From NCBI RefSeq assembly GCF_044704955.1, contig NC_091979.1, positions 15,314,001 to 15,378,000 of the forward strand: DNA of 64,000 nt, written 5' to 3'. This document shows, one piece after another, positions 1 through 14,700 of the stretch. Both the position numbers and the translations under genes were made by a program. Below the pieces are notes generated by a model. It saw nothing but the letters and a program-made list of their open reading frames with translations. It was not told the DNA's origin and did no database searches. Source of the DNA: Pristiophorus japonicus (lineage: Eukaryota). Each line of letters begins with the position of its first letter. Position 1 is the stretch's first letter.

Positions 1-48
1 TTCCATTTGCTTTCCTAATTACTTGCTGCACCTGCATGCTAACTTTTT

Positions 49-734
49 GGGGCTAAAATTCCGGCCTTATGGAAGACACATGGACCCGGCGAGGCCCTGC
101 AAAAGCTGGTTTTCGGCACGTGATGCGCATGGGCCGAAATCCAGCTTTTCCAATCTGTCAAGTTTTGGCTCGACAGATCTTCTGCATCCCCGCAGCCAGG
201 ACATTCGCGCGGGTGAGATTGGGCTATTTGCCCAACTCTTACCCAGCGAATGCCCTTAAAACTCTTGCACCTGGTAAAAGCAGGCACGTGGCCAACTTTT
301 ACCAGTGTAAGTTTTAAAACACAAAAATAAAAAATATATTTTAATGTTAAAAACCCTGTCCACAAAGGTAAGTTTATTGTAAACCCCACTAAAACTTTAA
401 ACAAAAATCGGAAATTTTTTTTTTTTCTCAAACATTTCATTAACTTTAATTTCAATCAATGTGAGGCGTTTTTTAAAATCTTTTATGCTGTGTTTGGGTG
501 GGAGTTCATACTTACGGAGTTCCCACTGTCAATGAGAACACTTATCTTCATTGGCTGTCCAGTGCCTTGTGATTCCAGCTTCTCCCTCCGTATCTCCAAG
601 ACGTGGACACGCTGCGAAGCGTAGGAATAGAAGGCTTCAGAATGGAATCGCCGGAGCAAAAGGTAGGTGCGGGATCTTTTTTCTTATTTTCAGGCGAGCG
701 CCCGCGGGAAGCCCAAAACCAGGATTTCAGGGCC
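49..734. mobile_element. Non-autonomous DNA transposon (MITE-like, probably PIF/Harbinger-type) interrupting a CR1 fragment
   Basis: CR1 sequence ctaacttttt|...|tgtgtttcatgtac is split by a segment with imperfect inverted ends (ggggctaaaattcc / ggatttcagggcc). An internal part (~240-290) recurs inverted at ~17670-17720. Confidence 0.5.
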
Positions 735-1289
735 ACTGTGTTTCATGTACAAGAACCCTCAGATTCTTCTGTACCGCAGCATTTTGTAATCTCTCCCTCC
801 CTGTTTAAATAACTTGCTTTTTTTATTTTTTTGACCAAAATGGATAACCTCACATTTTCTCCATCTGCGAAATGTTTGCCCATGCACTTAGCCTATCTAT
901 ATCCCTTTGCAGATTCTTTGTGTCCTCCTCTCAAACTTTTATTTCCCACCCATCTTTGTATCGTCAGCAAATTTGGCTACATTACACTCAGCCCTTTCAT
1001 CCAAGACATTAATATAGATTGTAAATGGTCGTGTCCTGCTCACTGATGCTCAGTTTGGGTTCCGCCAGGACCACTCGGCTCCAGACCTCATTATGACCTT
1101 GGTCAAAACATGGACAAAAGAGCTGAATTTCAGAAGTGAGGGGAGTTAGTGCCCTTGACAGCAAGGCAGCATTTGATAGAGTGTGGCATCAAGGAGCCTT
1201 ATTAAAATTGAAGGCAATGGGAATCCGGGGGGGGGGGGAAAGAAACTCTCCACTGGTTGGAGTCATACCTAGGATTACATCGGATAAAA

Positions 1290-3860
1290 GGCAAAGAAAC
1301 AAGCCATTTTGCCCAACCAGTGCATCCTGGCATTTATGCTCCACTCGTCTTTCCTCATCTAAATGTTTCTGCATAACCCGCTATTCCCTTCTCCCTCATG
1401 CTGGTCTAGACTCCCCTTAAATGCATAAATACTATTTGCTCCAACCACTCACTGTGGTAGTGAGTTCCACATTCTCACCACTCTTTGGGCAAGTAATTTT
1501 CTCCTGAATTCCTTATTAGATTTCTTGGTGACCATCTTATATTGATGGACTCTAGTTATGCTCTTCCCCACAAGTGGAAACACTCTCTCTGTATCCACTC
1601 TATCAAAACCTTTCATCATTTTAAAGACCTCTATTAGATCACCCCTCAGCTTTCTTTTTTCCAAGAAACCTAGCCCGTTCATCTTTTCCTCATGTACACC
1701 CTTGCATTTCGAGTATCATCCTCGCAAATCTTCTCTGTACTCTCTCCGATGCCTCTATATTTTTAGAATATGGCGACCAGAACTAAAAGCAGTACTCCCA
1801 AGTGTGGTCTAACCAAGATTCAATTCAGGTTTAGCATAACGTGCCTACTTTTCAATTCCATAACTCTAGAAATAAACCCTAGTGCTTTTTTTAAATGGCC
1901 TTACGAACCTGTGTCACAACTTTTAGCGATGTGTGTATTTGTACTCACAGATCCCTTTGTTCCTCTACCAAGTAATACTTCACATTTATCGGTGTTGAAC
2001 TTCATTTGCCAATTATATGCCCATTGTGCACGTTTATTAATGTCCTCCTGTAATTTGTTCCAGTTCTCCTCAGTATTGACCATCACCCCCAATTTGGTGT
2101 CGTCCACAAATTTAGAGCTTGTGTTTGATTCCAGTCTAAAATGTTAATATAAATTTTGAACAGTGGTCCCAGTACTGATCCTTGTGGACCACCACTACCC
2201 ACCTTCTGCCACTTTTACCCCTACTCTTTCTGCCGTGAAGCCAGCTAGCTATCCATTCTGCTACTTGTCCTGACTCCACATTCCCTGACCTTGTTCATCA
2301 GTATACTATGGGGTACCTTATCAAAGGCCTTCTGAAAATCTAGATAAATTATATCTGCTACATTACCATTGTCTACTCTGTTAACTCTTCAAAAAAAATT
2401 CAATGAGGCTGGTCAAGCAAGACGTTCCTTTTTGAAATCTATGCTGACTATTTATGTTTGGTTTCTAAATGTTCTATTTTCTCCTTTAGTGGGGATTCCA
2501 TTATTTTTTTCTATCTCTGATGTCAAGCTGACTGGTCTATAATTCCATGAATATTTTCCATCCTTTCTTAAATAGGTATTAAATATAGCTATGCCAGTTC
2601 TCTGACACTACTTTTTAACTATGTCCAGCAAAGCCTCGGCTATCTCTTCTAGATTCTTTTAAAATACACAGATGCAATCCATCCAGACCAGGGTTTATAT
2701 CTTGGGAATTTGATTTAATATATTCCCTCTTTATTTTACATGTACTTCTCAATCATCCAATGTCATGTTCGATCATCCTGGTAAATACTGAAGCAAAAAT
2801 TTAATATTTCCACTTTCTCCATCATTGTGGTATTATTCAGTTGCTCCTTTAATGGCCCTATCCCTGTCCCAACTTTAAAAAAAAATTGATGCTTGTAAAA
2901 TATTTTACTATTTTGTTTTATGTTCCTTGATAATTTAATTTCATAATCCCTCTGCATTCCCAATTGTTTTTTGACTTCTCTCGTGATCATGTACTCCCCC
3001 ACTGTATGTAATTGTTCCATTATGAGACAATTCATCCAATGTGTCTCATTAGAACATAACCAGAGCAGGATTAGGCCATCCGGCCCCTCGAGCCGGCGCC
3101 GTCATTCAATATCATGGACTCCGCTCCAATTCCCCACCTGCTGATCCCCATAACCCCTTATCATTTACAAAATTGTATTTTTGACTTAAATTTATTCAAT
3201 GTCTCAGCTTCTACAGCTCTTTGAGGCAGCGAATTCCAGATTTACAACCCTCGGAGAGAAGAAATTTCTCATGTTTTAAATGTGCGGCCCCTTATTTGAA
3301 GATCGTGCCCTCTCGCTCTCGTCTCCGCCATCAGTGGAACATCCCCTCTGCATCCACCTTGTCAAGCCCCCTCACTTATACATTTTGATAAGATCACACC
3401 TCATTCTTCTGAATTCCAATGAGTAGAGGCCCAACCTACTCAACCTTTCCTCAGTCAACGCCCTCTTCCTCAGAATCAACCTAGTGAACCTTTCTGAACT
3501 GCCTCCAAAGCAAGTATATCCTTTTGTAAATATGGAAACCAAAACTGCATGCAGTATTCCAGGTGTGGCTTCACCAATACCTTAGAACTGTAGCAAGACT
3601 TCCCTGCTTTTATACTCTTTTCCCTTTACAATAAAGGCCAAGATACCATTGGTCTTCCTGATCACTTGCTGTACCTGCATGCTATCCTTGTGTTTCATGC
3701 ACAAGTACCCCCAGGACCCACTGTACTTTGCAATCTCTCCATTTAAATAACTTGCTCTTTGACTTTTTCTGCCAAAGTGCATGACATCATACTTTGACAT
3801 TATCCTCCATCTGTGAAATTTTTGCCCACTCACTTAGCCTGTCTGTGCCCTTGTGAAGAT
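1290..3860 (-). mobile_element. Cluster of degraded CR1 LINE fragments
   Basis: Minus-strand ORF remnants with CR1 ORF2 motifs: LRGDLIEVFKMMKG..RMWNSLP (1449-1682), DDTKLG..WQMKFNTDKC (1901-2107), QQVIRKTNGILAFI (3582-3833). Confidence 0.85.
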
Positions 3861-5066
3861 TGTGTCTTCAGTGTTTAGTTTCTTTCCTTTTAGCAGAATA
3901 TATTGTTCCTGCACTGTTGAACAGTTTTAAATATTTCCTATTGCTGCTCGACATCAGCCATTTATTTTCCCCAAGTTCTATTCTCAGCCAAAAATCAGCT
4001 TTTCTCCAATTAACCTGGTTTATCATACTTCTGCCCATCTTAATGATCTTAAAGTGCATTATATTGTGGTCACTATTGCCTCGATGCTCCCCTACTTTTA
4101 CTTTTCTTATCTGGTCTATTCTGCATTACTAGATCCAATGGTGACTCCTCCCTTGTTTTTTTTTTAAACATATTGGGTTAGAAAAGGAGTCCTGTACACA
4201 TTGTAGGAACTCTATCCCCTTTACCTACCTCTTCAATATGAGGGGAGTTGAATTCCCCAATGATTATTTTATGTTCCCTAATTTGTCTGCATATTTCTTC
4301 CTCCACCTCCCTTCCACTTTTAGGTGTACTCTACAGATAGACACCCATTAGTGTGATTAATCCTTTATCATCTTTTATCTCTATCCATATGGGTTCTATT
4401 TTTTTCTTGCTGCTAGCTGCCTCACTTTTTTCTTTTGCCATTGTTATCCCCAACAAGATGCACTGCAGCAACTTGCCACAGCTTCTCCAGCAGCACCTCC
4501 CAAACCCACGAGCTCTACCACCTAGGAGACGTGCAGTAGGCACATGGGAATCTGCACACTCCCCTCCCAAGTCATACAACATCCAGAGTTGGAAATATAA
4601 AAAATCGGCTGTTCCTTCATTGTCACTGGGTCAAATTCCTGGAACTCACTCCTTAACAGTACCTTCACCACAAGGACAGCAGCAGTTCAAGGCAGCAACT
4701 CACCAACTTCAACAGCAATTAGGGATAGGAAATATAATCTGGCCGTCAGCCACACACCCCAGAACAAATTAAAAAAATATATTTTTGGACTTGGGGTACG
4801 GAGATAGGGCAGGAAAGTGGAACCGAGGTCAAAGATCAGCCAGGATCTTCTTGATTAGCAGAGTAGGTGCGAGGGGTCGTATAGCCTATTCCTGCTCCAA
4901 ATTTTTATTTTCTCCTCCTGGGTGTTTGGGTGTCAATTTCCTCAGATGCAGGACAAATGGGCAGAATTGTCTTAACCCAAGCCGCCCTTTCCATGGCTCT
5001 TGTGGTAGTACTGATATATTTAACAGCAAGTATTTGCTCAAGCACTTCAGAAATCCTGGAATTAAA

Positions 5067-6397
5067 GGCCCCAAGTTTCCACATGATTTGCTCCTGATTT
5101 TTAGAAGCAACTGGTATAGAACGGAGTATCTTAGAAATCGGAATTCTCCACATTTAGTTTGCTCCAGTTCTAGTCAGGTAGAACAGTTTCACTTTGGAAC
5201 AGAATGTTTTTCAAGGGGGCATGTCCAGCCACTTACACCTGTTTTCAAAGTTTCATGAGTGAAAACTTACTCCAAGCTAACTTAGAATGGAGTAAGTGAA
5301 GATTTTTGTACGCTTGAAAAAACCTTGTCTACACTTTAGAAAATCAGGTGTAGGTTACAAATTAGGCATAGGGAATGAGGTGGTGGGGGGGGGGGGGGGG
5401 GGGAAGGGAAGTCATTAAATTCTACAATCAATCCTTAGTTATACTTATACAAATAAATCCAACCTGAATAAAAATTTATAAGCAAAGAAAAGATTAAATA
5501 AACCATGTTCCTCACTGTGTGAAAGTGCTTGAGGCAAGCCTTTCATGTTGGAAACAGGCAGTGGTGTGGCATCAGTGGCAGCAAGCTTCGAGCTGAGCTG
5601 CCGTGCTTGAGGCAGGCCTTCATTCTCTTCGTGGCTGGCCACGAAGCAGCACTAGACGGACCCGAAGCCATTCGGCCATGAGATAGCAGCGGCGTCAGTG
5701 GCTGGCCGGCAGCCAAAGAATCAGCAGCGGAAGGACGCGAGGCCATTCGGCCATAGGATATCAGCGGCGTCAGTGGCTGGCCGGCAGACTTCGAGCTCTG
5801 AGGGGGGATGGGGGCCATTTGGACAGGGAGGCAGCCACATCGACAGTTTTATATTCAAATTTGCAGAATGGGTGCTCCAGTCAACACCATGTATTATTGC
5901 AAAGTTGCAACACCACGTATTATTGCAAACAGTCCTTCATTTGCATGCACCAATGCAGCACCGGTTCTGCAAGTTTAGCAGTGAAAAGCTGAACTCACTG
6001 ATTTCAGGTGATTTATTCAGCAGTGCTGCTAAAAGCACTCCCTCACACAAATATCAAAAAAAATTAAATTACAAGCCTTTGCAGGGGTCCAAGTAACAAA
6101 TCTTCACTTTCTGCAGTATTTTTAAAAATGGCCGAGTGCCAATGTTTGTGAGAACTGCGCGTGCATGCACGCTCCAACGCACACGGTTGCCGGCACCACT
6201 AAGGCTAATTTAAATTGTATCTGCCCCCTGCTGCTTAGAAAATCGGCGCAAGTGTAAGGCTCCGCCCCCTGCTACAAAGAGCACGCCATGCCAAGCAGAC
6301 ATCGAGCTCCAAGGAGCTCGATAATATTGGATTTTTTTTTTAGGCGCAGTTTTCGCCGTGAAAAACAGGCGCCCAGCTCGCCACAAAACTTGGGGCC
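5067..6397 (+). mobile_element. Non-autonomous Harbinger-like element, copy 1
   Basis: Terminal inverted repeats GGCCCCAAGTTT ... AAACTTGGGGCC flanked by aaa/aaa. The left ~450 bp is shared with copies at 9501 and 33785. Confidence 0.8.
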
Positions 6398-6471
6398 AAA
6401 GTACTGGCTTAACACTTTCAAAAAACCTTCAAAGATTGAATTTAAGACAAACTTTTATATAGCCACAAAAG

Positions 6472-6477
6472 TTTATT
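6472..6477 (-). terminator. Probable polyadenylation signal of alpha-tubulin gene A
   Basis: AATAAA on the minus strand ~720 nt downstream of the stop codon, at the end of unique sequence. Confidence 0.55.
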
Positions 6478-7199
6478 GAAACATTTTGTTCTAAACATTA
6501 CAAATATTAGGAATGGTTAATTATTTCTCCCGACTCATTTTAAATTGGAAGCCGTGCCATTTTGGACAAGTGTACCATTTTAATAGTAGTGCTCTAGATC
6601 AGAGTGGTCTCTTGAAACATGCAGCTCCCCCGTTGGTGTGTTTTTGCACCAACCTATAGCTTCAATCGCATTACAGGATAACATTAAAAATCAGCATAAT
6701 TCCTTCCATTCAGACTTTTGCTAAATAAATTTGGGATTAACTACGATGTTAACTAGTTACTTTTAGCCCAAATGTGCTCCTCTGTTGCCCAGCAGGGTGT
6801 GCGCCATATGCAGAGGGCACCTGGTGTCATCAAAAGCACAGCAGTCAAAATTAGCCAGATTCCATTGCTTATAGTAAAATGGTAAACAGTATAACTACAT
6901 TTTGTTGTAGTTAGAGTATACTATACTTAAAACACACTGCTATTAGTCAATTCCTTTTTTGGAAACATGAGCTTTTACTAGTTGCCCACCCAGTTCTAGA
7001 CTTTGACTTATTATTGTGAATAATTAAATATTCAGCAAACTTACTACAAAAGTAGCACAATTTTTGCAAGAACAGCACAACTTCCACTTGGGGAGGAAAA
7101 AAAAAAGTACGCGAGATCAAATGACTCCCCCTTGAAGGGCACCATGAATCCAACCAGCAATCTGATCTCAACCAACACTCAGGAATGTTTCAGATTTCT

Positions 7200-8270
<1,071 letters not shown>

Positions 8271-8289
8271 TCATTCTTGCTACTCTACT

Positions 8290-9225
8290 GAACCCATTTA
8301 AGGAATTGAATGTAATATCTCCACGTTTGCAGATGACACTAAATTGGGTGGCAGTGTAAGCTGTGAGGAGGATGCTAAAGGCTACAGGGTGACTTGAATG
8401 GGTTAGGTGAGTGGGCAAATGCATTGCAGATGCAGTATAATGTGGATAAATGTGAGGTTATCCACTTTGGTGGCAGGAACAGGAAGGCAGAGTATTATCT
8501 GAATGTTGATAGATTGGGAAAGGGGGAGGTGCGGCAGGACCTGGGCATCATGGTGCACCAGTCATTGAAGGTTGGCATGCAGGTACGGCAGGCAGTGGGG
8601 GGGAAAGTGGCATGTTGGCTTTCGTAGCGAGAAAATTTGGGTATGGGAGCAGGGGGGGGTCTTGCTGCGGTTGTGCAGGGTCTTGGTGGGGCCGTGCCTT
8701 GGGTGTTGTGTGCAGTTTTGGTCTCCTGATCAGAGGAGGGACGTTCTTGCTATTGGAGGAGTGCGGCGGAGGTTCGCCGGACTGATGTCCGGGATGGCAG
8801 GACTGATGTTTGAGGAGGGACTGGATCGACTGGGCTTGTAGAGTGGGAGGGGATCTCAGAAACATGTAGGATTCTGACGGGATTGGGCGGGTTGGATGCA
8901 GGAAGAATGTTCCCGATATTGGGGAAGTCCGGGGCCAGGGGTTGCAGTCTTAGGATAAGTGGTAAGCTATTTAGAACCGAGATGGGGAGAAACTTCTTCG
9001 CTCAGAGTTGTGGACTTGTGGAATTCTCTACCACAGAAAGTTGTTGAGGCCAATTCGTTAGATATATTCAAAAGGGAGTTAGATGTGGCCCTTATGGCTA
9101 AAGGGATCAAGGGGTATGGAGAGAAAGCAGAAAGGGGTACTCAAGGAATGATTAGCCATGATCATATTGAATGGTGGTGCAGGCTCAAAGGGCCCAATGG
9201 CCTACTCCTGCACCTATTTTCTATG
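8290..9225 (+). mobile_element. 5'-truncated CR1 LINE with A-to-G hypermutation, in intron 3 of gene A
   Basis: FADDTKLGG, QYNVDKCEVIHFG and WNSLPQKVVEA motifs. The 3' end cctactcctgcacctattttctatg matches the copy at 60553-61067. Confidence 0.93.
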
Positions 9226-9500
9226 CCCTTTGCATGCAACAAAATTACCAATATTTCAAATATGACCATACCAATAATCTAGATAAAATATTACTAGATG
9301 TTCTAGCAAATGACCAATAATCACAACCCAATTCCTTATCCACCAGTGTTGTGATTTACACTATACATCTGCCCTTTTGCACATTTATGACCAATCAATC
9401 CAGCCACCTGCCCAATTGGTCCAGAATGCTCTGAATGCCATCAGCATCGCATGGTCATCATCCTGTGCCTCTGAGGCGCCATCAGCAAGTACAACACTAT

Positions 9501-9995
9501 GGGCCCCAAGTTTCCACATGATTTTTAGGAGCAACTGGTGGAGAACAGACTATCTTAGAAATCACAATTCTCCACATTTTTTTTTTCTGCAGTTCTAGTC
9601 AGTTCTACTTTGGAACAGAATTTTTTTCTTCAAAAAGGGGGCGCGTCCGGCCACTGACGCCTGATTTGAAAGTTTCCACAGTGAAAACGTACTCCAAATT
9701 AAAGCAGAATGGAGCAAGTGAAGATTTTTGTAGAACTGAAAAAACCTGTTCTACACATTAAAAAAATCAGGCGCAGGTTACAAATTAAGCGTCCAGAACG
9801 AGGTGGGGGAAAGGGAAGTCATTAAATTCTATAATAAATCCTTATTTATACTTCTACAAATAAATCCAACTTGAATAAACATTTATAAGAAAAGATTAAA
9901 TAAACCATCTTCCTACCTGTGTGAAAGTGCTTCAGGCAGGCCTTTCTCCCGCCCCCAGCAACAGATTTACAGGTAGGTGGCGTTGGGTCGGGGAA

Positions 9996-10083
<88 letters not shown>

Positions 10084-10562
10084 GGGAGAGGGAACAGGAG
10101 CGCGGTCAGGTCGGGAACAGGAGCGCGGGTTGGGTCAGGTCCAGTCGGGGGGGGGGGGGAAGAGGGCGGAGCGGGAACAGGAGCGCGGGGGGAGCGGGTG
10201 TCGGGTCTGGTCCGGTCGGGGGACAGCAGGAGCTGGCCGTGGGAGGAGCCTTATTCATGCAGCCCCAGTGAGGCCATTCGGCTAGGGGCTGCGTGCTTCG
10301 GGCCCCTCCCACACAGTTCGGCGCCTGGAGCTACTGCACTTGCGTGCCCACTGTAGCGCGCATATGCAGAGGTCCCGGCACTGTTTTCAGCGCAGGGACC
10401 TGGCTCTGCCCCCCCACAGCTCGTGCTGGCTGCGCCTAGGGCCAGAGGACCTGCAGGGAGGTGGAGAATACCGAGGATTTTTTTAGGCGCACTTTGTGGC
10501 GCGAAAAACGGGCGTCCAGGTCGGGACTGCGCCGTTCTAGGCGCGCGAGGAAACTTGGGCCC
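9501..10562 (+). mobile_element. Non-autonomous Harbinger-like element, copy 2
   Basis: TIRs GGGCCCCAAGTTTCC ... GGAAACTTGGGCCC, flanks tat/aat. Colinear with the inverted copy at 33785-35066. Confidence 0.85.
9999..10081. repeat. (GA)n microsatellite, ~41 units
   Basis: Perfect GA run inside the non-autonomous element. Confidence 0.98.
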
Positions 10563-11158
10563 AATGAAATAACTTTCTCCGGATCATTTAGGAACAGAAT
10601 GCTCAGTAGACAACAGAATGGATCACTAGAATTTTACCCTGACAATTTGGGTTAATGCACACTAATGTGCCTTAATTGATCGACTTAAAAAAAAACACAT
10701 TTTCTGCAAATGTCAATTATTGTGGATCTTAGATCAAATGTGTGTGAAAACCCCCCTTTTCCTGTGCATTACCAGGTGCCAATTCAATGATCTACATCTT
10801 CAAACCACCCCACGCAGGGATACCTTAAGAGCTGTGGATTGATGAGTACCAGCAGCTAGGTTTCGGAAACTATAAGGCGACATTTCACTTGTGATTCATT
10901 CATCAAGGAGATGTGATCTTTTAGCTATCCACTCCTTGGTCAGGATTGATACACAGGTTCTCATGTGAAGGGAAATCTCTGAAGCCACCATCGCAGCCAA
11001 ATGCACCATCACATCCTCGAATACAAATATATGAAAATAGATCATGTGAGCAATGTGGTGATTGGAGGTAAACACTGAATATATCATTGTTTAAACTAGT
11101 GCACAAATTACAGCTAAGTTTCCCCCTTGGTTAACAGATCGTAATGCAAGAATCTTAC

Positions 11159-11711
<553 letters not shown>

Positions 11712-14700
11712 TTAACTATCAGTGGTGACAGTACAGCAAGTCATCATGTTGGTTCCACATTGAGGCATTTATATACAGACAAGCCTCCAGACTAGATAAT
11801 TAAATTCTAGTACAAAAAACAAAGTATTGCAGATGCTGGAAATCTGAAGTGAAAACAGAAAATGCTGGACAAAGGTCATCGACCTGAAACAACTCTTCAC
11901 AGATGCTGCCAGACTTGCTGATTAAATGGGAAATTAGGGAAAAACTGTTCTTTCCACTGGTAGGAGGGTCAGTACCCAGAGGGCACAGATTTCAGAAAGT
12001 TGGCAAAGAATCAGGAGCAAGATGACCAAAAAATGAGTGGTTATGATTAAGAATGTTCTGTCTGAAAGGGCAGTGGAAGCAGATTCAATAGCAACTTTCA
12101 AAAGGAACTGGATAAATACTCAAAGCAAAATGTTTTTACAGGACAGGAAAAGAGGAATGGGCCTAATTTGATAGCTCTTTCAAAGAGCTGGCACAGGCAC
12201 AATAGGCCAAATGGCTTCCTTCTGTGCTGCAAGATTCTACAGTTCTGAATTGGAGGGTGCACTTGTGGCAGAATACAAAATATATCTGCACTATTTAATT
12301 AGCGACTGAATCAGGAACATTACAAGACTGCGCCAACATCATGGATCTTGACAATCAAATATAGCCAGAAAACTGGCCAATCTGCTCCAGTGCCTCCATA
12401 CGAGCCACCCAGTCAAATCCCACCTCCACATCCTTTAATACTCTTAAAAGCAACTGCCCAATACCCTATTTAAAAAAGTTAACAGGCTATGAGAATTCCA
12501 CATTCTGACCACTGTGGATAAAGAATTATTTTCTCCTCAAATACTTAAGTTCTTTTGTGATTATAAAGATAAGAAAGTTTTATCCTCTCATTGTCTCACT
12601 GCGTACTGCATCATATCCATTCTTAACCTTGAAGAGCTAAATCAGGTTACCCCTTAACCTTTCCAGCTCTAGTGAAAAAGCTCAACTTCTCCACATTCAC
12701 TGGTCTGCAACCCCCAAATCGCTGGTTAACATCCTAGCAAAGCCATCACACTTTTTCCACATTTTCCTTTTGGGATGCACAAAACTGCATACAATACTTA
12801 AAACTAATTGAACGATCACATATGAGCTTATTGATCTACATTGGCTTCAGTTCCCTCAACACCCCACATTTAAAAATCATCCTGGTGTTTAAACACCCCC
12901 CCCCCCCATCTCTGCAATCCTCAATGCTTAGATTCTGACTTGTACATCCCACCTTCCCTCACCCCACCATTGGCAGCTGTATAGGCACCACACTAGAATT
13001 ACCTTTAAACCTCCCTTTCCTCCTTTAAAATGATTCTTAAAACCTCAATGCCCCTCCCAATATCATCTTTAGCTCTGTTAATTTTATTTATACTTCTGCA
13101 AAACACCAAGATGCATTAAAGACAATATATAAATGACAGTGGAACACATTGGAAGGGCTATAATTTCACTATTTAAAAAATTCTCTTAATATGCTTAACA
13201 GTAAAAAATGCAACATTCTCTTGTCTGCAGCACTGAAACAGAATAACTTAAGTCTGCTGCCTCTGTACACCACTGCTTACATCGGATCAGAACAGAACTG
13301 CATGCAGCAAACAGCAGCTGAATCCTGTTAGAGAAGTAGGATGGCAAAGAAATATGTCCTAATAAGGCTCACCATTACACACAATAGATAGAAATGGCCA
13401 TTTAGGCAGGAACAATGAACATAATCAAAAACATAGACATGATTTTAAACTTGGAATTTGCTGATACACGAACTGCGTCTGCATAGATTTCACGGAGTAC
13501 AGAAATAAGCAGAGCTGCCAAATTCCACACAGATTACGCATCGAGCAAACAGATTCCGCCCCTTCCCCCAACCACATCCTGACCGATGAAAGTATTGAAA
13601 TGCTCAACTGTTCTCCAATTTTAATATAAAAATGAAAGTTAATTGTTTCCCTTTAAATTTAGTAAATAATTGAAAATTATACAAGACTGCATTCTCAAGC
13701 ACAAACATTTCTGCTCAACAAAAAAAAGGGGCCTAGCATAGCTGTACAACACTCATTGTTCCAAAAACCATAGCCTTTAACAGTACATTAAGCAATTAAA
13801 TCTTAATCCTCACCATTGCAATACACTTCTCACACAATCTTCAGGAATCAGCAAAGATTTTGTGCAAAATGGAGGTTTATGTCCTAGAGATTGCACCGAC
13901 ACAGAACAATGACCAAGCAAACTAGTCGGAGATTGTTGGCAGGAGCAGAAGAGGGCGTGGTTTAGCACATCAGACCAGACCTCCCCAAGAGATCCCCACA
14001 CTACCAATTGGATCAGTAATTAGAACAATGCTCCAGTAGAAAACTGCCAGGCAAATATTCAGCTAGCACACTAAAATCCCATAATATATAAAAAAGGTAT
14101 TAGGTTTATATTAAATGTAGTCTATTTTGTTATCTGAATGATATGCATCTCAGGTCTGTGCTCCCTTCTTAACAGTTGATTCAAACTAGTCCCTGGATGG
14201 GAGCACATTGAGCAGTCTGGGCAACTCACCCCTACTGTGGGGCAATGCAGATTACTCTAAATGCCCTACAAAGACAGTGGTAACAATGTATAAAAATCTA
14301 TTGCTCCTTGATGGACTAGTAATTAAAAGGCACCATCCCATGCAAGAATTTCACCACTCCTCCCCTCTCTCCCCACCCCCTCCCCCATGACAAATGGAAC
14401 TGTTAGAAGATAGGACAATAGGTGTAAAAAACCACTACACTCCAGATGCCATACACTGCTCTTCTAAAGTGCTGCAATGCTGCAGAATCTTAAATCAGAG
14501 GCTGTTTTGATGGTATTTTATCAATAATCACATTAAGCATGAGGAATACAGAAATCTGGTACATGTCATAATTAATAACCACATTAAAGGTAAGGATCAC
14601 AAATCTGGAAGTAATTACAAGGAAGCACATATTGAGGGGGTTTAGATACAATTTAAAAAAAAAGGTACAAGGGGACATTTTAATCCCAGCTGCCCACTAG

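Noticed and set aside
9921-10285. ER-repeat proteins
   Set aside because: Translation of the (GA)n microsatellite.
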